A stretch of DNA of 63,877 nt, the filler included, from Sphacelaria rigidula (taxonomy: Eukaryota), in the NCBI GenBank assembly GCA_964200075.2. It is 7 parts of 7 records of this genome, joined end to end, with 100 filler letters (N's around TTAATTAATTAA, not from the genome) between each part and the next. Parts side by side here need not be neighbours in the genome. Positions count along the whole stretch, not along the records: positions 9,143 to 18,184 come from CAXNAA020009450.1; positions 18,285 to 27,325 come from CAXNAA020009451.1; 5 more parts are not named here. One strand, given 5' to 3'. Under the pieces are notes generated by a model, which was not told the DNA's origin, made no database searches, and saw only the letters and a program-made list of their open reading frames with translations. Below are positions 10,599 through 23,965 of this stretch, one piece after another. The translations under genes were made by a program, and so were the position numbers. Each line of letters opens with the position of its first letter. Within the stretch, counting starts at the first letter, position 1.

Positions 10599-13500
10599 CA
10601 TGCCGTAGCACACCCCATTTTTGCCGACTAGACGTGCCAACGCCGCTGTCGACCGGCGAAAATAAGCCCGCAAACAAAGGTGGCAGTGATCCAGTGGAAT
10701 GATGTGCAGCAGCGAGGCACGGTACAGTGCAGCCAGTAGTACGGTGCAGTGACCGAGCACGGGACGGTGGAGCCAGCAGCACGTTGCAAGCAGCCGAGCA
10801 CGGTACAGACAGTGCAGTCGGGGCGGCGCATAGGGGTCAACAGCCGCGGCGTCAGCGACAAAAGGGAAGGCGAGAAGATGCGAGATTTGTCTTGGATGGT
10901 GCACAAAAAATCAGGAGAAAAAACACGCGCACACACACATATGCACGCGGCGATACGTGGAAGACACACCACGTTGGTATGAGGAGTAGGAATAAATGCG
11001 GGTCAATGCGGGTAGGATAACAAAAAGCGCCTTCGTGTGTGTTTCAGCGGGAGCTGCTGATGGACGTCCATGTTCGTCGTCCACGACAACAAAAATGGGC
11101 GGTGGCACACCGCTCAAAAACATCCGTCCGGGCGGAGAAATAAGTACACCTTCACGGTACTGCTCCGAATGACAACGGACCCGCGCTGATGGTACGATAT
11201 CCGCCGCCCCATAGAGAAAAAGGAGCGAGTACGAGAGTGCCTTGTTGTGTATGTTGTCATCCCATCTAATCTGGACGCCATTTTATGCCTTGCGGTATAT
11301 GTGGGCGCATCAGGCGGAGCCATACGGGAGGCAGGTCGAAACATCTGTTTATTTTCATGCTTTTCATTACGCTTCAGTGAATCACCTTCCTCCAATGGAT
11401 AGAAAAAACCGAACCAGTTTCGAAGCACGGTGTCGTTGGGAAGAGAGTGGATCAAGTCGTGATTGACTCATGGCTTGTGCAGTAAGTTAATTAAACTATA
11501 ACATACGTATAAGTGATGTTTCAGTTTCGTGTTTCTGGGGTACATCTATCACGAGACCACGGCTGGACCCCTGGGGGGTTAGTTAAAGTGAGACAATCAA
11601 TCGATCAAATCAAAACAAGAGTAGTGTGGGAGTTCGAGACACGCGGTATTTAATGCACCACGCAGTAGGTAGCTACCTACAAAGCGTAGTAGCGGTGTAC
11701 AGACGCTCAGGGTAATGAGGATAAGGTACGAGGATACTCAAACGGCCCAGGGTTCAAATCGCGGTCTCGTAACTGACGGGGTTGACGAAGTCATACTCCA
11801 GTAGAGCTTGCACGACAAGCTGATATGTGCACAGCGTGTATGTTAAAATGTCAAGGTATGCACTGAGCTAGAATACTAATCCTGCTCTTTCCAAAACACG
11901 TCAGTCCACCACAGGGATGATCGACTCCATTTTGAGGCTTGCGGTGCTGCATAGGTCACCCGGCCCAGCAGTACATGCTCCCCGAACTCATCCCCCCACC
12001 GGCCCTGTTCAATCCATCGCGCGCACTCGAGATCGATTGTGAAACAGAGAAGGCAACCGTGGCACTTTCGGCATGCAGAGACGCGTGTTCTTCATACCAA
12101 AACACCGAAATCGCACCATACCACGAGATGGAGAGGGGTAAAAGAACTACCCCCATTCAAAACGTTGTTTATTGGCGCCACGCAGTGAGCTCGCCAAAAC
12201 TAAAAAAATCGAGGCAAAATATCGATACAGGGAAACGGACGAGGGTTTGTGTGACATATATTTTTTTTTTTGTCTCACCTGTAAGATAGCCGGAGCCGCA
12301 GCCCACATCGAGCACCTTCCCGCCTTCTGGAGGCACCACCGGTTCGAGCACCTCCAGGGCGTGCGCGTGCATGTGCGGCGCAGAGATCGTAGCCTTGAAG
12401 CCGATCGGTTGGGGCCTGCCCACGGTCGCACGGTATGGTGATGGATGTCCGTCGAGAACATGAACATTCCATGGCCGAGAGCACGACGCGACAAGGGTTA
12501 GGCCGGCCAACATGTCGGCAGGGTGTGCGTTCTCACTTGTTGCTTGACTTAGTCGTTTGACCGTTGACCATGCATCCCTTTCGAGACGGAGCACCATTCT
12601 TACTCCCAAGAGAGACATCTCCATCATTTCGGTACTCGTTACGTTCCTTCCATACATTACACAAAAACCTTTTACACATCTTATCCCCGTCTTGTTTCGC
12701 CTTCTCTGGCCACCATCTATCTCCTAGTACAACCATCGTTTTCTCCCTAGTGTCAAATGCATCAAACGATTTCATGCCACCTCCGTTCACGTCCCGTATT
12801 TCCTTCTCTGGCACGTCCCGTTCCTCCTTGTATAGTTCACAATCTGCCACTATATGAATTCTACTCCATATCGCCTTGCCTCTGGGGGAATTTTGTGCAT
12901 CTGATTCCTCCTCCTCTCGACTAATGGTATATCTCTTTTTTCTTTCTAGCGAGTCGAGGTCCCCCACCCGAAATCGCAGTTTCAATTCTTTCGCCGCGTC
13001 CATGGGGCCATGCAGATATGTTTTCATCCCTTTCTCCTCTCTTAATCCCCCATGTATCTTCTTGTGTTCTTCCTCGTCTACTTTCCGTCCTGGCATTTAT
13101 TTTTCTCTGATTCCCATCATGTCTCTTACTGTCGTTTTGTACTCCGCGCTTTCACTCATGGATAGTATTTAGTCTTGGTCTCCCCCTATATTTTTCCGTA
13201 CATTCTCTACTTCTCTATCTCACCTTATTCCAGCGTTCCCTTTCGTACTTGTCTTCAATACAGCCAAATCAACTATAGCTGGCAATCTCTTTCTCTGGAT
13301 GTCCTTTACGCTATTTTGGCATCTTAATTTCCTGATGGCTCTGTTTGAAGTGGGTACATTCCCAACTCTGCTCTCAGTGCTGTATTACTCGTGGTTTTCG
13401 AGCACTCAAGTATTTTCTCAGCTGCTGTCACCTGAATTGCTTCCAATTTCTTCACCTACTTCACGTTCCCCTCCCATACTTTCTCCTGCATACTCCAGCT

Positions 13501-16500
13501 TTGGTACGATCACGTTCCTCAGGATACATATCTTAATCCTAGTGTCTAGGTGCGAGTCTCACAGGATTACGTCCATTCTGCCTATCTGTGCATTACCCTC
13601 TTCTATTACTTCATTCATGTGTGCGTCCAAAGAACAGTTCCTTCAGATCTCTACACCAGGGTATGTGTACTTTTTTACGATCAGCAGTTCCTCTTCTCCC
13701 CACTTCCATTTGAACTCTACCGGGTTATTTTTCTCTTCGCTACACACGAGTACCGCGCATTTGTTTACGTTCGCTGTCACTCTCCATTTCCTATTATGGT
13801 GTATTCTAGCGCCTTTTCTGTTTGCTTCTGCAATTCTTCAAGTGTTCTTGACATCCCCACAAAATCATCCGCGAACATCACTCCTGATACCATATCTTCC
13901 CCCAACTTGACTCCTCGCTTTGCCTTAAACGAAGTGGGTGATGACGTACATCCTTGTGCAACGCCTTGTGAAATATCAAAATATTTCGATATTTCCCCGT
14001 CTATCATCATGGCACTTTTGGCACATTTTGTCATCCACAATTTCCCACATCTTTCCTCTGATCCCAGTTTCACACATCTTTTTCCACAGCTCATTTCTCC
14101 ATACTGTGTCATGGGCTTTTTGTACGTCCAGAAAGATATAGTACGTTGTCAACCCGGCATCTTTCCTACCTTGATTTATCTCACCGAGTGTGTGCACATG
14201 GTCTACGCAACTACGGTTTGGTCTAAAACCTTCTTGCCCCTCGCTGATTTTTCTTCATTCTTTACCATAGTTCCCGTTCTATCGTTCAGAATCTTGGAGA
14301 ATGTATTCCCTGCGATGCTCAGTACTGCTATCCCTCTAAAATTCTCTGGGTCAGCCTTGTCTCCATTCTTGGAACCGTCAACTACTACTCCCTCTCTCCA
14401 TCTCTTGGGTGTGTACTCATCTTCCCATATCCAGTTACACAGCAATACAACCATGGCAATCATTCCCTGCAGGTCGGCAGGGGAGAAGGATAATAAAAAC
14501 CGTTACCCGCTCTCACTTCTTGCAGCTCACATCCAAGGCTTGCCCCAGGCAAGAACCGGGGCACCTCGAAATACAGGTAGTACCATTTTTCTTGATTGAT
14601 AAGAGAAAACTATATCGATGCAGGAGCAAGTAGTCCGAATACGGAAATTCGAACGAAGTTTTCCAAACTCGTGGCACCCTCAGCAACAAATACCCTAGTA
14701 TCCAGAGCCCGTCGTACAGCCAGCCACACATGTGTACCAACCGTTGTTGGCGTTCTTAAATACGCCAGATGAATGGTGGGGGGGGGACAGTTTTCGGCCA
14801 TCTAGACCACTCCCTGTATGTGTCGTGTGGACATTTTCTGTTCATTACATGAATAAAAATCGCCCTGCGTCGCAACCTGTAGAACGAGCATATTCGGCAC
14901 CTCGGTGGAAGAAAGCACACGGTAGAGATGCCAACTTACCGTAAAATGAAGGGGGCGGGAAAGATCACAACAAGAGAGTACAAAATCCTGGAAGATAGTG
15001 CGGGCGAAAGGCATGAAGCTCACCTGTCCTCGTAGGACTCGTGAGCTACGTAGAAACCGCGATCGGTAGCCTGCATTGCCTTCACAACGCGCGGCGAATG
15101 CACAAGGCCCGCATCTTTCCGCCCCCGCCACCACCAGAAGGGCAAAAAGAACAACCACAAAGCAACGGAAATCGGGTGGAACTATTTTCACTTGGAAAAA
15201 ATAACAAACGTGCGGAACGGTCCGAGCACGCCGACGGAAAGTTACACGGGGCAACGTTCTCTTTATGCGCACAAAGGATATGCGCGAAGAAAGAGCATGC
15301 AAATGCTCTCTAGTATGTAGGAAACAAGGTGGCTTGGCTTCTTCCTCGATGCAAAACCGTGATGAGGCGTTATTATAGAGGTGTGAAAAACAGATGGTCT
15401 CCAGATGCATAGGATTAAGTGTAGGTGGAATATCCGAAAAGCATATCAGCTACTATTTTGGGGCTTGATGTGTGCACCGCGAGCAGCCGCGTCTATTCAG
15501 CACAAACCCACATTGAGGGCTGGGCGCAGTTCGTAACGCACACAAACATTGGGAAGGAATCCTGAGAGACGGTGAGAGAGGTTGAGTCATAAATATTACC
15601 GTTTACAATCAAGAAAAAGCGGTTTCCTCGTCGCACCCCGCATTATATGCTTTACAATGCTGGAACACTGTCCTGTTCGCTTCATTTCGCACGCTGTGCG
15701 TAAGGGTCATGTTTTTACACGAAAATTATTGAATGAAGCCCGAGATTACCAGCGCATGTGCTGAATTGACTTTGGCTTGGTTTCAGCTGTTTCCTGGAGT
15801 CTCAGGCGACAGCATGGCTCACCTCTCGAAACAATTGCACGTTTGCTCCCTTTCTCGAGCCATATTCGAGAATGAGGGAAGTGTTTTTCGCACAGTGTTA
15901 CCAAATGAAGCCAAACGTCATCACTGCCTAGGCATTTCTTTCTCCACTCGGTTTCACCAGTTTTCTAGGGTTCTCTGACCCCACAGTCGCGGAATAATTT
16001 TACGCTCGTTTCAAGATGTTGCAAATGTGTTCCTATATGCAAGCTTGAGGTCGCCAGTGTTTGGTCTCTCGGAGATTCAGTGGGATTAACCGATTTATTC
16101 GGGTCATGGGCGACTAAAAGTATCCGGGCACTCCATATTCTCGAAACAATTAACGTTTGCACCACATCTCACGCCGTTGTCAACGCTTGAAATGCGAGAT
16201 TTCAGTCTTTTTTAAAGGAAAACTCGAGGTCTTCTGTTTCTGGTACTTTGGAATTTCTCATGACTGCAACGGTTTGTGGTGTTTCCCATAGCCCCAAGGA
16301 CCCTAGGAAACCGATGAAACCGCGAGGAATTCGAAAGTGCCAGTAGCTGAAGATCTCGGGCTGTCCTTCAGAAGCACGCATGTAAAATTTCATTTCCCAA
16401 CTTTCATAAACGGCGTGAGAAATGTCCTCCGGCTACATTTGGGACCTCATACGCGTATCACCTCGTCACAGAGAGGGAGACTGACTAGAATCGAAATGCA

Positions 16501-17082
16501 GCGCAATTCGGCAATATAACCATTCTGTTGTTGACAAATGCTGCACGGTTGAATGGCTGTAGAGAACGGCATGCACACAGGAAACACTAGCTGATTATGC
16601 TGATTATGTGGGGAAGCTCACCGATGAGATTCTTCGCAAGCTCCGCATTACTGTTTCCCGAGCACCGCCAGGCGCCTGAGACAGAGGCAGAGGTCAAGGC
16701 AGAGACGGAGAAGGAAGGTCACAGCCACGAAACATCGTAGAGTATAGCTGAGCTGTCATCTATTTACAACATGACGCGGGTCCGAACAGAGAGTACCTGT
16801 GCCACTCAGAGTGTGATCGTAATCGAGGTTATTTTTTTGCAGTGAACACAAACTACAAACTATGACGTCGTATGTTTCCCGCCACCGTTGACGACTACAG
16901 TTTTCCAGCCTAACGCCCATCACAATCCAGGTATATTGCAGGGAAGCTTCGTTTAATTGCTTCCATCCGTGCCGCGTTTTTCGTGGAAATGGAGGCTGCG
17001 TGTCGCATAAACCACTCACACACACACTAATAAAAAATAGCAGCGGTGTCATTGTTCTTCAGATTTTTGACGCACCAAGCAT
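10599..17082 (-). CDS. PCMT1: Protein-L-isoaspartate(D-aspartate) O-methyltransferase (PIMT/PCMT family), 3'-incomplete; exons 17082-17076, 16675-16622, 15114-15024, 12415-12279, 10645-10599
   Basis: GT-AG exons with consistent phases splice to [112 protein letters not shown]. This contains the PIMT signature TISAPHMH and SAM motif [11 protein letters not shown]. Remaining exons were not found before the contig end. Confidence 0.92.
11548..11772. mobile_element. Small MITE in a PIMT intron
   Basis: TCACGAGACCACGGCTGGACCCCTGGG and CCCAGGGTTCAAATCGCGGTCTCGTAA are imperfect inverted repeats. A related end lies at about 55697-55720. Confidence 0.45.
12533..14463 (-). mobile_element. 5'-truncated, frameshifted non-LTR retrotransposon (LINE) reverse transcriptase inside a PIMT intron
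   Basis: Motifs across frames: [48 protein letters not shown] and GVMFADDFV (YADD-type active site). C-terminal region in ORF 12533-13096. Confidence 0.92.
16167..16420. mobile_element. Small MITE in a PIMT intron
   Basis: Terminal inverted repeat TCTCACGCCGTT / AACGGCGTGAGA. Confidence 0.45.
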
Positions 17083-19429
17083 CGTTCCGTTTGATGAGGT
17101 TTGGGTGCCACCACCTCCTGTTCTCACTACCCGTTCTCTCGCTTTCAAAGCAGCAGCAGGAGGAGCCGGCGCTGGGTCACACCAAAACTGCGTCGGCGAT
17201 AATGCCGATGGCGACGGAAAACGAACCCGCCGATCGCGCGAGACGGGTGCGCGGAGAAAACTCGGGCAACCCACGAACCCGTACGAACAGCGGTCGCTCC
17301 TCACTCTACTTTGCGTCTTTGTTGTTGCCGCTGTTGTTGCTGCTGTCGCTGCTGTCACTGCCTTTTTCCCGGGCTGAGTGTAGAGCTGTTAATTGGGGTA
17401 ACGCGGAGGGGGTGCGTCGGAGCAGGGGAAGACGACTTGCACGGAGGTGGTGACGGCGTGATCGTCGCACTCGTCAGCCCTCACGTACTGCCAAAGTCTC
17501 TGGTTGGACTTCTGTTGGACGAAGGGAATTTGGAACAGGGGTGCATCTTTTGGTACAGCGGCAATGCCTGAATTAGAACAGAGAGGATCTCCGCCTGAGC
17601 AGACTACTGCCACACCAATACCTTGAACCATCTTTCACGGTGCATAAATCACGACCGGACACATTTCGTTGTAGTATGTTGAGGACCACTATCAGCGGTG
17701 ATCGCGCCAGTAGTACGTACTGTCACGCATGTAGATTTCACTCGCTGTAGCCTACGGGCGCGCCAGTATATGTGTACATCAAGCGCACGCCGCCTCAAAA
17801 GTAGCTTGGGATTAACAATCGACCACGACTCTCATCCACCTGTGAGCTCATGAGCCATTCCCCCCCCCCCCCCCCCCCCCCCCACGTAATCAGAGGCACT
17901 TTTTTCGCCTGGAACCAATAGTTTCTGATATTTTTTAGCAAGCGTTGGAGTCTCGCTGGTATCCATTCACGCCTACGCTGTAGCTCATTCTTCATCGAAT
18001 TATGTATTTGAAGTCCCCCCCCTCCTGAAACAAGCTCGCGGGACTGTCGGCATCCAAAAACATACTCGGAACAATTCGTATGGGCGCTCAAGAGTCGATG
18101 ATGCTTTGAAAACCAAAAACTAGCCTACTTAACCTTTTTGGAACCCATTGACGATTTTTGTTTTTGTGGATCGGCATCGTTTTCNNNNNNNNNNNNNNNN
18201 NNNNNNNNNNNNNNNNNNNNNNNNNNNNTTAATTAATTAANNNNNNNNNNNNNNNNNNNNNNNNNNNNNNNNNNNNNNNNNNNNGGGGGGGGGCGTACTC
18301 ATTTGTTGCTTGCCTTAGTCGGAGGAGGGGAAAGCCTAATTGCGTAAGAGGGCGTTTTAATTCGGGCTGCGCCCTCGCGTGACTGCTTCGCCTCCACAGC
18401 AGCAGTACATCACAATGTGTTGACCGTTGGCTATGGCAATATATTGCTGATGGCGCGCTGGTGTGTTGATGGAAACAAATATTCGTATGCACACACACGC
18501 ATATTGTAGTGACGAAACGGACAAGTACGCAACCCTACCCATGAAATCCTCATCATCAACGGGTCTGACCTCAAAAGATATATACACTTATTTCTTTACT
18601 CACTAGCTTGGGTACGTCTATCCTATGACTACGGCCGGCTTCGAGGCGGATCAGATAATGTGCAGTGATCAACTGATCAATCATCAACATTACAAGAATG
18701 CAACGTACACTCATGATTGTCGGCTCGCAACATCCCCGCTCGTTGAAATATACATCGTCCACGTTTCAACAGCTACTAGCACTACCCTACTACAGTAGTA
18801 TAGTAAGGTATTGTTGTTGTCGTCACATTGAAAACCGTTCCGATATCTGCGCAACACTCTATACTTGGCATCTGATGCAGACGCCTTCCCTAAACACACA
18901 GGCTAACTACGAACGCAAAATAGGGCTTTGTATACAAAAAATAAAAAAATCGGATCCAGAAAAATTCACACAGGCGCGATACAGAAAAAAGGAAGACCAA
19001 TAACAAAAATCACCAGTATTTGACATCATGTACTCGCGTAATAAAAAGCATGGATTCACCATCAAAAAAAAAGAGAGAGAAAAAAAACAGTTGAGCACGC
19101 GAGCATCGCGTTTGTTTTGAGAGGGCGTCGATCTTGTGTATGTACTACAATGTCGAGCGGGTAGGTAGATAGGTGTGGAGATCATCGACATAAGACAGGA
19201 CTGAAGGCAGGATGGAAACACACGCGATAAAATGACCCGGGCTGTATGATATCACCTCGATGGATTGAGTCGTTACTCCTACTGTAGTGGTGAGTTGAGT
19301 GTCGCACATTGATTGACCCCCCTTCGAAGAATCTAGCCGTGTGGTTACAAGCAAGACATGATCGGGGGTGAAAACAAACAACGAAAACACCTGCCAGGTT
19401 AAACTCGAGAAAGGGAAGGCATGAAAAAA

Positions 19430-19656
19430 ACACACACACACACACATACAGAGAGAGAGAGCGAAAAGAGCAAACGAAGCAAACTGAGGAAAGAAGAGAG
19501 ACAGAGAGAAGGGAGAAACAAGTACTGTACAATCAGCGTACAAATATATATTCATTAGTTCGTATTTTCGTCCGATGAGGGCCCACTGCGACGGCGGACC
19601 CCTAAAATATGGGCAACCGAAGCAAACTGAGAAGAAAAGGAGGAGATGGACAGACA

Positions 19657-19695
<39 letters not shown>

Positions 19696-19800
19696 AAGAA
19701 AAAAATACGGTACAATCGGTGTACATACATATTCACCAGTTCATGTGTTCGCCCGATGAGGACCACTCCGACGGCGGCCACCTAAAATTATGGAACTAGC
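19430..19800 (+). repeat. Diverged ~180-bp tandem duplication with (CA)n/(GA)n microsatellites
   Basis: Two copies of CGAAGCAAACTGAG...TACAATC.G.GTACA.ATATATTCA..AGTTC...CCGATGAGG.CC.....GACGGCGG...CCTAAAA; (CA)n at about 19659-19690. Confidence 0.7.
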
Positions 19801-21055
19801 ACGCTTACATAATTTCATTTCTGAAGCCATCACGTCGTACACGCGTGACCACCACACTTCACCCTTCGAGTACACACCATGGTGATGATACTGAAATTTA
19901 CTGTAATGTGCAGTATGTTCTCAGCGGTTCACTTGTCACCCGGCAGGCGTCTTTTTGCCCAATTTCCCAGAGCAACCCGTCGAAGGGCGGGGTTTTTGAA
20001 TCATACCACGGTAGGGGTCGCATATATAGGCCCATATATTTCTCGTGGAGGGGCTCCCAAAGTTAGGAGCTACACAGGAATATGGGTCAGGACATTTTCC
20101 GTTTTCAATTTATTCGAGGTATCCCTAGCCCATTGGAATGCTAATCGTGGCGTGCTGTCACAAAATATTTCGTGATTTGTTTTTTTTTCGGTGAGATGAG
20201 GGGATCCTGACAATTCAAACGCGAAGAAAAAAATGTGGTACAACCCTACCGTGACCTGATTCTTTGATATTGCTCAGTCGTCGTATATATGTCACGCCGA
20301 TCCAGTAAGAATCAGACAACAAACGAGCCTTTCTGGAGAACGCGACCGGGTTGGGAAGGAGACTTGATAGAACGGGGGCGGAAGGCATCGCCTACCCAGA
20401 AGCTCAGGGATGGAAAATGACGACAGTTCAAGTCGAAAAGTCCTGGGCTTGGGAGTGGGGGTTTATCATAAAAAAAACGTGGTAATCACAGCGGTCAATC
20501 TATTTCATACCGATGAGAAAAGGCGGGCGTTTCGACGGCGGGGGGGGGGGGAATACGCCGTGTCCGGCGTTTGGCCATGGGGGTGGAGATAGCGCTGGCC
20601 ATCCCGCGAGGAAAGTCAAGGGCGCAAAAAAGTATTTTAGGCACCGATAGGCCCGCTCACCGAGCGCCAAAATGCTGGTCCCAAGTATCCGACAAAACTA
20701 CGAGAAAACTGCAAAGTTCAGATAGACCACACCACGGAGCTCAACCTCTCAAACAAACGTCGGAGTGGGCGACCGTCGCTTCTAACCCCACCAGAGGCCC
20801 GCGGCGCGGCGGACGGTCAACTAGCAGAATCGATCATTTACGCTCGGGAACGTTTCCGATCACCTGAAAAAATCGGGCTGGAATTCGGCTTCAGAAACCG
20901 TGAGGTGGTGGTGGCTTCAAGAAGGAGGGGGGGCGGAAAAGGTGACTCGCCGCATCAAACCGTCCCTTTTCGAGCCCCGGAAGAAGTGCCGGGACGGTTT
21001 TTATCTGCGATCAGGTAAACGAGCCAACCGGTAACTTCTCTGGCAAAGGAAACAT

Positions 21056-21560
21056 CTACCATCCGGACTCTCGAGTTTTTTTGTTCTTTTGAGGAACGAG
21101 TAGAGTGGGTTCGACTCTTTCCGGGTGAAGCAACCCTGGGGTCTTCCCGCGTACAGTCCAAGGGCCACCGACGCCGACTGGCACGAGACGCGGTACCTCG
21201 ACGAACTTCTTCCTGCACTCAAGTTCATAAATGCCGAGGCTGGGTTCGAAACTAGGAGTAGTGCGGCAGGAAGGCGCGAGCGTCGATCCCGGAATCCCTG
21301 AGCGGATGGGGCGGGGTTGGATGGTGAAGCCGGTGGCACAACCTTCCCAGTCGCCTGACTCGAACATGAATGGCTTAGGCGTCTTTCCAACTCTCAAGTT
21401 AGGGTTAGTGAGGGTGAGCGCCACTTCAATAAACGAGTGAGTGGATACTGTCTTCATTTCGGTGTGAAGAAAGCGACGGAAACACGTTGTATAGGGTTTG
21501 GCAACGTTTTTCAGGATTACGACTAAACACCCCAAAAGTTTGGCGATGTCGACTTCAGCG
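21056..21560 (-). mobile_element. Highly decayed Ty3/Gypsy-like RT-RNase H fragment
   Basis: …LTLTNPNL…KPFMFES…Q…SCRTTPSFE…IYELEC resembles the Gypsy connection/RNase H pattern LTxxPxL…KPFxLxxDAS…SR…E..YxxxELE. Recognised by eye only. Confidence 0.4.
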
Positions 21561-21724
21561 CGGAGCATACCGGGGAAGCGGGGCCGCAGAGGACGGGAAC
21601 ATCGGTAAGGGTGGTGAGTTACGATAGTGAGGCCTTCACGAGAGCCTGAGATCATCTAGTATCAACTTGCCAGTCACTTCGAGGATTTTTTTGTTTCCCT
21701 CACGTTTTTCCTCTCCAGGAACGT

Positions 21725-22090
21725 ATGTGTTGTGTGTGTTGCCATCCCATCTATTCTGGACGCCAGTCTACACCTCTAGGTATACGTGGGCGCAACAGCC
21801 GGGATGACACAGGAGGAAGGTCAACACAGGAGATTTATTTTATTTTATTTTACCACTCCACCTTCCTCCTTCGGTGCTTACCGTTTCTCTTTATCGCGGG
21901 AAGGATTCAATGGTGGATTTTCCTCGTCGACCGCGCGGCTGAACTATCCTGTAGTCATCATAGCCGGTCTCCACTGTTGGGCATGGCGTGGGAAAATATC
22001 CCAGATCGTACGACTTCATCGAGATTTGAACCCAATTCTCACCGTCAGAAGTGTTCAAGGTTTCCAACTGAGCCACCGGATAGGGGCGAA
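21725..22090 (-). mobile_element. tRNA-derived SINE, family A
   Basis: Reverse complement of the GGTGGCTCAGTTGG head and the GGCGTCCAGAATAGATGGGA..CAACACAC tail seen in other copies. Confidence 0.85.
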
Positions 22091-23089
22091 ACATGATCAT
22101 TTTCAGGCCAACTGGCATGTGTCTTCTCGTGGTAAGTAAGACACGTTGATAGAGGTACAAGAGTATCTTAAACTCGAGGCTTCCGGTGTGTATTTCACAG
22201 TATTTTACTGTGAAAAATACCGGGAACCTCGAGTTTTGACATGGTTCTAACACGTACGAATGCAGTCGCAGATGGATCAACTTTAACTGTTTCATCAGCA
22301 ACTGCCGACGGACGTGACGATTCGATGATTCCACATTTCATTCTTCGTCAAAAGATATCCTCTGTTTATCATAAACATACCCAGACCACATGAACGAAAA
22401 CTGACGAACACATCAAATCCAAAATCCCCCCTCACAGGGTACTACCCCCCGCAACCCCGAAACCCTCTCTTTCCGAGTAGTCTTCTCAGCATTCTGAGGT
22501 ATGTGGAGGGGAAAGAATCGAACTTCGGCGGAGGGCTTGAAACGAACCGGTTAAGGGCCTAACTGCCTTCTTCATGGCGACCGAAAAGGTTCGAGGGGGA
22601 GGGGGGGAGGGGTGGGGGGGGGGGGAAAGAACAAAAAACAGAAACGTACTTGCTCGCGCATGTGATACTAATTTAACTGTTGTAGTGAACAACAAGTCAT
22701 TTTTTTTTCTATCGTCTTGTGTGTGTCAGATGCGGCATCATGATCGGGGTTGCCCAGTCTCCTCCGCTGGCGTACTATTATATCATCATACTGATGATGA
22801 AAAAATCGCACGACCCGCTGACATGATTAGTGCACGATACCATACGAGTGTCCTCTCTGCATCTACGCATGAAGATGGTGCCCCGGCGAATCCCACAGGG
22901 CGAGAACTTGCCGTGGTATTGAGAAGTTGCTCATGTGCCTCTAGATATTCTCCTGCCTTCCAGTACTGTGGTATCTTGCTAATATACTATTAATAGTACA
23001 TGGACTAGTTTCCAATATGATTGAAAAAAGCGGTGTGGCATGCCTGGCTACAGACAACAGTAAATCATGAGCTCATGTCACACACGTAC

Positions 23090-23407
23090 CTTCTCGCGAT
23101 TCTCCTTGTCATCACCACCACCGACAGCTCGACATCCACCAGCACCAGCACCACCTCCCTGACTTTTCCTGCTTCTCCACACCCAGGACAAACCTGTATT
23201 CGCTCCAGGGCTATTGCGATCCCCGCTTGCTGGGCGTACACCGTGCGCGGAGTAAAACAGCGAGCTACTTTGGTGAGCTGTTGCCATGTTGAACATTCGC
23301 GTATGTGTCGCTGGTGCGGTGAATCGTAGGACCAGTCCACGACAAGTTTTTGAGGAGGAGCAAATCAAGAGCGCCAGTAGTACTGCTGCCCGTCGCAATT
23401 GGAACAT
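23090..23407 (-). CDS. Putative first exon of a hypothetical protein with an N-terminal signal peptide
   Basis: ATG 23407 gives MFQLRRAAVLLALLICSSSKTCRG…, 106 codons ending at the donor AAG|GTACGT. Divergent from the HAD gene. Confidence 0.5.
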
Positions 23408-23965
23408 ACTACATGGTAAACCAGTTGATGCTGTGCGTCTGCGCTTATTAGTAACCATTTCCGCTTGCCCTCTCCCCCACACTCTTCGTTGCGAGGTGGT
23501 ACAAACGTTACTGTACAGTCTGTAATCTCTGATGTGTACGATAGATGAAAAGATCACTTCGCAGGAAAATCTGACGAAAGCTCCAGCGCGTAGAGCGGAG
23601 GCTTTTCGATAATGACGTACGTACAAGATCTTTCCCACATCCGCTGTCTGTCGTTCTTGTGCGTCATCATTTTGTGTTTATGATCAAGCCTGTATGGCAC
23701 ACGGCACTTTAACATTTGTATTACAATTTTGATGCCAAGTGTCCGTGTGTCTTCTTTGTATGCCACCATTATTTCAATTCTACACCACGGTATGGGGGAA
23801 GAAAGAGAAATATTTTTCACATCTCGGTCTTTTTTTGGTTCAAACATCTGCTACGCATTAACACATGCCATGTTCGAGCGACGGTCGCATTTGTTGGTTC
23901 TTCAGTCCTGTCCCTGTTCCATACTGTTGCCGTCAACTCGTGTGTTGTTCAGTCCGACACCAATC

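Noticed and set aside
13550..14599. 349-aa plus-strand ORF, the longest in the track
   Set aside because: It is the antisense shadow of the LINE reverse transcriptase on the minus strand.
19565..19795. Hammerhead-ribozyme-like CCGATGAG-stem motif in both tandem units
   Set aside because: Both copies have CCGA instead of CUGA and CTAAAA instead of CGAAA, and stems I and III cannot be formed convincingly.
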